Sequence record: OQ973471.1
From: Escherichia phage AV101
Reading direction: 5' to 3' (one strand)
Length of the DNA stretch: 64,000 bases
In this document: positions 57,769 to 64,000 of the stretch, piece after piece
Numbering within the stretch: the stretch's first letter is position 1
How the letters are laid out: every line of letters begins with the position of its first letter
Translations under genes and position numbers: made by a program
Notes under the pieces: model-generated
Databases searched by the model: none
What the model was told of the DNA's origin: nothing
Seen by the model: only the letters and a program-made list of their open reading frames with translations

Positions 57769-58431
57769 TTACACCTCCACCGCGTGAGACTTCAGGAGTT
57801 CATCAATCTCTTTCTGTCCCATGTATGAGAACGGGGTGCGCTGGTAGAACGCCCAGAGTACTAACTGGACAACAGCACGGGAACGGGTTTCGGCCGTCAT
57901 CACCAGGCCACTGAAATGAGGAGACTCAGCTGTCCATTGTATCTCTTCGCCCAGGTCTTGATTACAGGTCACCGAGATGCGGAACTTGTTGCACAGATTG
58001 TCGACTTCTTTGTACGCATCGGTAGACACACGAAGTTGTTCCGCATGCACCCACGGAGTTGTGATGATTCTTTCACCCATCACTTTATCAGAGATAAACC
58101 AATCAATACATTCGGTAAACTCACTAAAATGGTCGATACGATAAATGCAGTCTCCCCCTTCCATAGAACGCATGGCATGATAGCGAGCGTCAATTTCGTT
58201 GTTATGCATAGCGTTGAAGTCGATGAACACGCGACGCGCCAGCACAACATCTTCTGGTTGAAGTGCCAGGAAATCGTTCAGGCGGCTATAATGGAGGACA
58301 TTGGAACCGTCGTGGCCACGTGTGCAATATGCGTAATGGCTACCGATACGGGCGTGGGCAATATAAGACAACGGGGCGAAGAATAATCCGTCAGGATCAG
58401 GACCGACGATAATAGAATAAAGTTTTTCCAT
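57769..58431 (-). CDS. hypothetical protein
   Basis: Start ATG 58431 preceded by GAGACTATATC cassette. Confidence 0.4.
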   Translation of the reverse strand: MEKLYSIIVGPDPDGLFFAPLSYIAHARIGSHYAYCTRGHDGSNVLHYSRLNDFLALQPEDVVLARRVFIDFNAMHNNEIDARYHAMRSMEGGDCIYRIDHFSEFTECIDWFISDKVMGERIITTPWVHAEQLRVSTDAYKEVDNLCNKFRISVTCNQDLGEEIQWTAESPHFSGLVMTAETRSRAVVQLVLWAFYQRTPFSYMGQKEIDELLKSHAVEV

Positions 58432-58487
58432 GATATAGTCTCTCAAATGAAAGGGTAGCTTTATGATAAGCCGCCCGAGGTTATTGA

Positions 58488-59354
58488 TTATTGGAAATCG
58501 CCAACATACATGTTCAGCTTGTCATCCCAATTCAGAACAACACGGATCGTTCCGGTATCTTCTGGGAAGGTCAGTTTGTCACACATGGCGCGATTAACAT
58601 AAGTCCCGCTCTGGTTGACGTTGTAGTCCTTGCCTTGCATGATACCAAAACGCTTGAAGTCGCGAGTGACCATCATGTTCAACGTGGTCCACGGAATGAT
58701 GTCACGCAAGGCTTTGCACAGGATGATCTTGCCATCCGACCTGAACGACACAAACAGCTCGTTGGCGACACGACGGCGAGTAGGCGGTTCAAGTTCACGC
58801 AGGGAAATGAATTGTGAATTCTTTACCTTTTCTGCCAGCGCCTGTACTTCTGCTGGATCCGGCTTGAACGGCTCCACTGAAGAGTCAGACTTCATCACAA
58901 CGTCACCCTTGCGCTTCTCAACCAATTGCTCCACAGCCTTTTGACTCACGGGAGGGAGGTATTTGGACTTAGGAACAACCGCTGGCTTGATGACAGGGCT
59001 TGCATCTGGTTTCGCCTTTGGAGTACTCCGTGCCGCACGCAGCTTTTCCTGGGCTTGTAGAATGCGCTCTTGACGAGAAAGCGGAGCCTTTGGGGTGATC
59101 TTCGTACTGAAGTCAGAAACGCCGACCCAGTCACCCTGGTCATTACGCTTGGCTACCAGAGTCAGTTTGTGGATGATACCCTGAAGTTTGCTCTCACGCA
59201 AGTTGTCAGCATACCAGAACTTCGCGCCCATCTCGAACTTCTCGGCGAAGATCACGCGAGCGTCTTCGTGTACCAACATAACTTTGGCTGCGTTGGGGGC
59301 AAAAGCCTTATTCTTTTCGATAATCGCCGCAGCGATTGTTTTGGTCAGGAGCAT
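58488..59354 (-). CDS. hypothetical protein with Lys/Pro-rich central linker
   Basis: ATG 59354 after GAAGGAA RBS. Confidence 0.4.
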   Translation of the reverse strand: MLLTKTIAAAIIEKNKAFAPNAAKVMLVHEDARVIFAEKFEMGAKFWYADNLRESKLQGIIHKLTLVAKRNDQGDWVGVSDFSTKITPKAPLSRQERILQAQEKLRAARSTPKAKPDASPVIKPAVVPKSKYLPPVSQKAVEQLVEKRKGDVVMKSDSSVEPFKPDPAEVQALAEKVKNSQFISLRELEPPTRRRVANELFVSFRSDGKIILCKALRDIIPWTTLNMMVTRDFKRFGIMQGKDYNVNQSGTYVNRAMCDKLTFPEDTGTIRVVLNWDDKLNMYVGDFQ

Positions 59355-59393
59355 CACAGTGTATTCCTTCAGTTCACAATGTAGGGCTAAATT

Positions 59394-59720
59394 TTAACCC
59401 GAAACTTTATTTTGAAATCCGACAAAGTCCTGGGCAATCCCCCGGCAATACATCAGGTCTTTCTTCGTTTGTGGACTGTTGTCAGCCGCAGTCAGCATCA
59501 TGGGAAGATCCAGCGCATTCTCTATCTGATCAACACTGAACAGATCAAGGCGCTTCAGCTCTCCCTCAAAGTCAGACAGGAGGATAGATGTGTCTTTGTC
59601 ATCTGGGTGGAACTGCTGATACGTCTCCATCCATGCCACACATGTGTTCAGTTTGGACGGTGGCGCAGCGTTTACACACCCGGCTATCAGTACCAACAAG
59701 AGCAGGATTTTACATTTCAT
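59394..59720 (-). CDS. putative lipoprotein
   Basis: Signal peptide with lipobox-like LIAGC (MKCKILLLLVLIAGCVNA); coupled to upstream gene (TGATG). Confidence 0.5.
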   Translation of the reverse strand: MKCKILLLLVLIAGCVNAAPPSKLNTCVAWMETYQQFHPDDKDTSILLSDFEGELKRLDLFSVDQIENALDLPMMLTAADNSPQTKKDLMYCRGIAQDFVGFQNKVSG

Positions 59721-60406
59721 CACTCGTTCTCCTTCATCATATTGTCGCAGTCAACACGAGTCTGCTGGAGTTCGCGCGACATGCGAGGATCATCAAGGTT
59801 CACGCTCAGATTCGTGGACAGGTCTTTCAGACCGTTCTGAACCCTGTCTTCAAAGTAATAATCGTTCTCAACCAACCAGGCTCTGAGACCGAGAGCGCGA
59901 GTGCGCCATTCCTTCTTCAGGACGCGATCAGAGGTCTGCGTAGCGCTGTATTCGAATACTTTGATGCACTGGTTGCCATCGTTGATGAGGTTCAGGTGAC
60001 GGCGGCCTATCTGCACACCCTTCTGTAATGCCGGAGAAGGGAGCGAACGGCACTGTCTTACGGTCATTCGGCCTTGGGTGCCCATACGCCCAGTCATGAT
60101 TAAATCGCCAGCCTCCATGCCTCCACGGTTAAATTCGTCGTCATTGAGGTAGCCCTTGAGGTTATAGGCTCCCTGTTTGTAACGGTTGAACTCAATTCCG
60201 GCATTGACGACAGCGGTGAAGACGTTGCCTGTGTTCCAGAGTTCAGCGAAGTTCTCTATGGAACCGGACTTGTCGATGGCAACCGCCTGGGAGAACCCAG
60301 CACAATAGGAAAGGTCGGACCACAGTTTATCACCTGTGGAGTTCAGCTTGGCAGCGGCGGGTAATGCCAGACCAGCCAGCACAACCCCGAGGATTAAACG
60401 TTTCAT
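59720..60406 (-). CDS. secreted (periplasmic) protein
   Basis: ATG 60406 after AAGGAGA RBS; signal peptide MKRLILGVVLAGLALPAAA. Confidence 0.5.
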   Translation of the reverse strand: MKRLILGVVLAGLALPAAAKLNSTGDKLWSDLSYCAGFSQAVAIDKSGSIENFAELWNTGNVFTAVVNAGIEFNRYKQGAYNLKGYLNDDEFNRGGMEAGDLIMTGRMGTQGRMTVRQCRSLPSPALQKGVQIGRRHLNLINDGNQCIKVFEYSATQTSDRVLKKEWRTRALGLRAWLVENDYYFEDRVQNGLKDLSTNLSVNLDDPRMSRELQQTRVDCDNMMKENE

Positions 60407-60485
60407 GGTGATTCTCCTTATTTCATTGGATGAAATGATAGGCGGCTCACCATGTTGAGTAAAGGGATTCAATAAACTATCGTAT

Positions 60486-60935
60486 TCAGAAACGGGTATC
60501 GCTGACCGTTCTGTATCGCACACCCTGAAACTGTTTAGCGAGTTTAACAAATTCCATCGCTGGCAAATCAACTTTGTAGACCTTCATGCGCTGTTTGCCG
60601 TCCATGTTCAACGCAGCGACAAATCGGTGAGAACCGTCAACAACGTAATTGTCAGAAGATACCCAAACTCGACCCATAGGTTTCTTATTTCTGATCTGCT
60701 TCATAATCTTCCAGACCTTCATTTTATTGATTTCGTTCTGGGTAAGACGAAGTATTTTGATGGGCACTTGCACAGCATCTATGGACACGCCGTTGTCTTC
60801 AAGATATTTGTGAAAATCTTCTTGTTTGTCGGCATCGATTTGTGGCATAGAAGAACGCGAAAGCCCGAGGTTCCCAACAGGAATCCTCAGGCCGTTAATG
60901 ATGTTCAACCAGTCAATAAAAGATGTAAGGAACAT
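60486..60935 (-). CDS. ParB/sulfiredoxin-like nuclease-domain protein, tentative
   Basis: VPIKILRLTQNEIN and VVDGSHRFVAA resemble the ParB N-terminal domain DGHHR motif. Confidence 0.35.
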   Translation of the reverse strand: MFLTSFIDWLNIINGLRIPVGNLGLSRSSMPQIDADKQEDFHKYLEDNGVSIDAVQVPIKILRLTQNEINKMKVWKIMKQIRNKKPMGRVWVSSDNYVVDGSHRFVAALNMDGKQRMKVYKVDLPAMEFVKLAKQFQGVRYRTVSDTRF

Positions 60936-60967
60936 GACACACCTCGGGATATAGGGTTATCCCTTAG

Positions 60968-61159
60968 TTAGCGCATCCATCGATCCTTTCTCTCTTTCTC
61001 CTTGCGTTCGCGACGTTTCTGGTCGGATCGGAATAACCAATAGAAGAAGTTCCCACCCAAGATGAAAACCACCGCGATTATTACTAGGACACCCTTCACA
61101 ATTTCCCAAACCAATTCTTTATCCAAATTATACCTCGTCTTCTTCAGGTCCACCGTCAA
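60968..61159 (-). CDS. small single-pass membrane protein with basic C-terminus
   Basis: TM helix IVKGVLVIIAVVFILGGNFFYWLF then KRRERKEKERK; non-ATG (TTG) start so uncertain. Confidence 0.3.
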   Translation of the reverse strand: MTVDLKKTRYNLDKELVWEIVKGVLVIIAVVFILGGNFFYWLFRSDQKRRERKEKERKDRWMR

Positions 61160-61415
61160 TCAGGATACGAGCGGTGTCGAAAGTTTCCCCGCCCGTGTTC
61201 AGCAGCTTAGTCAGATCGTCAAGATATCGAACCGTGCCAAGATCAGATGACCGCGATATAAACTCCAGCATACCATACAACGCTGTTTGGAATCGGCTGT
61301 TATCGATATCGTTCTTTATTACCATCAGGCGCAAGATGTTCTCTGACTGAGTATGGCCAACACACGCCTTGTCTCTGATCATCTCCTTGATAGAACTTCT
61401 CTCTGATGGTGTCAT
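61128..61415 (-). CDS. hypothetical protein
   Basis: ATGA coupling with upstream gene. Confidence 0.4.
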   Translation of the reverse strand: MTPSERSSIKEMIRDKACVGHTQSENILRLMVIKNDIDNSRFQTALYGMLEFISRSSDLGTVRYLDDLTKLLNTGGETFDTARILIDGGPEEDEV

Positions 61416-61785
61416 AACGTACCCCCGACAGAGATCAAGAACTCTTCTTGCATGGTCTTGACCGGGTGGTGGTTGCGGGTTTCGATCATGAAGCCCCAGC
61501 CGCCGTCGGCGACGTTGCCAAAGGTCTTGACGCCAAAGGACTTCGTCCCGTTGGAGCAGGAATAGATGTCCAGGACGTATGGGCTACCCTGATTGTCGAT
61601 CCCACGATTCACGTCGTCTGATACGCAGCGCTCAATCATCTTCCCGTTCTTATACAGAACGAGGTCTTGGCCATACGCCTTGAAAGCATAAACACCGTTG
61701 GTAGACACTCCGGTGATGACAGGAGGGGCGGAAACAGCAGCAAAGGAAGCGCCTAGCAGGGCAACAGCGAGGATTAACTTTTTCA
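61412..61785 (-). CDS. secreted protein
   Basis: Start ATG about 61785; signal peptide MKKLILAVALLGASFAAVSA; two Cys pairs. Confidence 0.45.
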
Positions 61786-61832
61786 TGATATAGTCTCTTG
61801 GTTTCAAATGGGCGGGGTAATCATACCCCGCC
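61786..61832 (-). repeat. cassette variant with GGCGGGGTA-ATCA-TACCCCGCC hairpin + CATTTGAAA + GAGACTATATC-ATG
   Basis: Hairpin and flanks repeated at 62346-62392. Confidence 0.6.
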
Positions 61833-61838
61833 GTGGGT

Positions 61839-62345
61839 TTATAGAGTAACAAGTGATACGGTAAAAACCATCGTCCCGTCTGTTGCCATTTTTCTTGAAA
61901 CTGGTATGACGCGAGGCTGGCAGAATATCCATTCTTTCTCCATGGACGCCAAGTCCAGCATATCCATTTCTGATTCATCGCCTTTGTTCACAAATTTTTC
62001 TAGAGAACCATAGACATTAAGCCCCTCCGGGAGTCTGTTTCGATGTTTGTAACAAATGCGGGCAACAGCTTTGGTTCCGTACGATTTAGAAAATTTTTTG
62101 GCCACATGCTTCAGTTCACTGAAGCTAAGACAAGAGTCCCATGTCTGGAACATGTCGCCTCGTTCAAACATTATCTCTAAACGCGCAACGTCCTCTTTAG
62201 GCAACCCACGATAAAGTGTGGTCGTCTGTGGTTCGCGCAATTCTTGCACCAGATCGCGGACGGCAGGGGAAACAGTACCGGGGCGCATGATGTGGGACTT
62301 ATCATGGACGAGGTAAAATAAATCTTGAATTTGTTGATCGGTCAT
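61839..62345 (-). CDS. candidate mono-ADP-ribosyltransferase (R-S-E type), tentative
   Basis: Spaced TLYRG (Arg), SCLSFS (S-x-S) and DESEMD (E-x-E) in order and spacing reminiscent of T4 Alt/Mod-type ARTs. Confidence 0.3.
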   Translation of the reverse strand: MTDQQIQDLFYLVHDKSHIMRPGTVSPAVRDLVQELREPQTTTLYRGLPKEDVARLEIMFERGDMFQTWDSCLSFSELKHVAKKFSKSYGTKAVARICYKHRNRLPEGLNVYGSLEKFVNKGDESEMDMLDLASMEKEWIFCQPRVIPVSRKMATDGTMVFTVSLVTL

Positions 62346-62392
62346 GGTATAGTTCCTGCATTTCAAATAGACGGGGTAATCATACCCCGCCC
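62346..62392 (-). repeat. cassette variant copy
   Basis: GACGGGGTAATCATACCCCGCC hairpin + TATTTGAAATGCAGGAACTATACC-ATG. Confidence 0.6.
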
Positions 62393-62404
62393 AAAGTTAT
62401 AGAA

Positions 62405-62644
62405 TTAACTGATGTGCTTCAGAAGAGCGAAGAGGATCGCGGCCTTGGCCTTTACCTTTCCCACGATGCCTGTCTCGACATCAACTTCTTCAGCAACCCA
62501 CTCTTTTCCCTTCTTGCTGATGATAACGTCACGGCGCTGTGCGTAGACTTCTTTGGTCGCATACACACGGCGGAACCCTTTAGCGCGGAGCAATCCCCAA
62601 TTGCGATCAATTTCTACTGAGGTTTCTACCATTTTGTTCTTCAT
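62405..62644 (-). CDS. hypothetical protein
   Basis: 79 aa. Confidence 0.4.
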   Translation of the reverse strand: MKNKMVETSVEIDRNWGLLRAKGFRRVYATKEVYAQRRDVIISKKGKEWVAEEVDVETGIVGKVKAKAAILFALLKHIS

Positions 62645-62766
62645 GTTATAATCTTACCTTTCAACCCGGTGAACCCATCGTTCGCCAGTTATTGAATAAT
62701 AGGACATTCCTTAGAGGAAGTAAACCCCTAAAAGTAAAAATCCCCAACGTTTGTTGGGGACTTCTG

Positions 62767-63090
62767 TTATTTGCGCAGGGCAACCACGAGTTCAGAGAGT
62801 TCACCCATGGTCGGGTCATCGCCTTTACTACCTAGCCACCCGTCGTCGATTTCGACCTGAAACTCTTCTTCGAGGTCCATTACAATTTCGATAGCGTCCA
62901 GTTCATCACCGCCGAGGTCTTTCTTGGTACGGAGGCCAGCCAGCTTGTCCAGGGCGTCCTCGTTCTGAGATGCCACGTCGTCCAGCAATTTGCGCTTGTC
63001 ATCGTCACGCCACAGATCCATATTCAGATTGTCGGTGGCGTACTGAGCCAGATGACGCATGACTTCAACATATGTTGGTTTACTGCTCAT
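62767..63090 (-). CDS. acyl-carrier-protein-like protein with Glu replacing the phosphopantetheine-attachment Ser
   Basis: KDLGGDELDAIEIVMDLEEEFQVEIDD aligns to ACP [27 protein letters not shown]; GGAG RBS. Confidence 0.55.
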   Translation of the reverse strand: MSSKPTYVEVMRHLAQYATDNLNMDLWRDDDKRKLLDDVASQNEDALDKLAGLRTKKDLGGDELDAIEIVMDLEEEFQVEIDDGWLGSKGDDPTMGELSELVVALRK

Positions 63091-63132
63091 GCTACTTCTC
63101 CCAAAGAAAGGCGGGTTGCCCCGCCCGTTGGA

Positions 63133-64000
63133 TTAGATTTTGATTTCTTTCTCTGTCAGTTCGGCAGTGACCTTGTACTTCACGCCATCCACTTCAACTT
63201 CCATGGTGGACTCTTCCAGGTCGAGGTCGGTGAACCAGCCGTGGCCAGCAACGATACCATACACCACTTTAGACAGTGTCTTGTTCAGGGCACGGACTTC
63301 GGTGATGGCCGCCTTGGCAGCAGCGTCGATCCAGTTTTCGATCAGCTGTTTCTGTAAGGCTTCAGGCACGGCAGTGATCATAGGAGACTTCACGAATGCT
63401 TCGTACTCTTTCAGAGCATTGGCGATGAACAAGTCACCAGCATTGAGTTTCTTGTTCTCGGCAATCTTCTTCTGTACCGCTGCGATAGACGGTAGAGATG
63501 AAGCGCCAGCGATCTTCACGTTCAGCTCACGGCTCATGTAGAAGTCGGTAGACTCTTTGGTCTCAGTCTTCGGTGAGAAGCCGTAATCGCGGATGCCGTA
63601 GGAGGACAGGAACTCGGCCGCCTCAGCGCCGTACTGTACTGCCAGGCCTTTGGCGTTACCCTTACCAACCAGGGCGTCTCGATAGAACTTCAGCACCTTC
63701 TGCTTGCCTTTCAGGGCTTCCAGACGGACATTATCCGCAAAGAACTGAGCAGCACTGATGTTCTTGACCATGGCGCGGTTGACCAGCGGTACGCTTTCCA
63801 GGTTCAGGACAAACACTTCCGGACCACCAAACACGTGGACGCCCATTTCGATCAGCTTTTGTACAACTTCGATATCAGCCTTGAACGGCAGAGTCTTCAC
63901 GTTAATGATACCGTCTTTGACGATGGTGTAGTTGCGCCACTGGAAGGTGTCCAGTTCTTCAGGTAGACCAAACTTCTTCTGTGCGAATTCAGGCACAGCC
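63133..64000 (-). CDS. hypothetical protein, N-terminus outside window
   Basis: Frame open to window edge; track's apparent start is GTG at 63996. Confidence 0.45.
   Translation of the reverse strand, partial: AVPEFAQKKFGLPEELDTFQWRNYTIVKDGIINVKTLPFKADIEVVQKLIEMGVHVFGGPEVFVLNLESVPLVNRAMVKNISAAQFFADNVRLEALKGKQKVLKFYRDALVGKGNAKGLAVQYGAEAAEFLSSYGIRDYGFSPKTETKESTDFYMSRELNVKIAGASSLPSIAAVQKKIAENKKLNAGDLFIANALKEYEAFVKSPMITAVPEALQKQLIENWIDAAAKAAITEVRALNKTLSKVVYGIVAGHGWFTDLDLEESTMEVEVDGVKYKVTAELTEKEIKI

Noticed and set aside
1-64000. CRISPR arrays, integrase, transposase, attachment sites
   Set aside because: No regularly spaced direct repeats and no recombinase-like ORF; gene content is that of a strictly lytic T4-like phage.

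Overview
This window reads as a 64 kb segment of a T4-like lytic myophage genome, with about 95 densely packed protein-coding genes and no rRNA, tRNA, CRISPR array, integrase or transposase. Most genes are on the minus strand and cover replication, recombination and nucleotide metabolism: gp32 SSB, gp59-like loader, gp41 helicase, gp61 primase, UvsX, gp46/gp47, DNA ligase, NrdAB plus redoxin, dCMP deaminase, gp1 dNMP kinase, late sigma factor gp55, RNase HI, PhoH, HU, and a DinG-like helicase. Plus-strand islands carry late structural genes (gp5 hub with a peptidase domain, gp25, gp54-like, a tape-measure-like protein), several behind TATAAATA late-promoter motifs. The most interesting candidate system is a translationally coupled minus-strand operon (19044-22483) encoding a divergent thymidylate-synthase-family pyrimidine hydroxymethylase, two P-loop kinases and a MazG-like NTPase, which points to non-canonical, possibly hypermodified, DNA bases. 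Other notable items are repeated intergenic hairpin/RBS cassettes, a frameshifted DUF4326-like gene, an ACP-like protein with Ser replaced by Glu, a candidate ADP-ribosyltransferase, a macro-domain protein, and a cluster of secreted proteins. All calls rest on reading motifs and the ORF track by eye, with T4 reference sequences recalled from memory; no database search was run, and refined start coordinates may be off by 1-3 nt.
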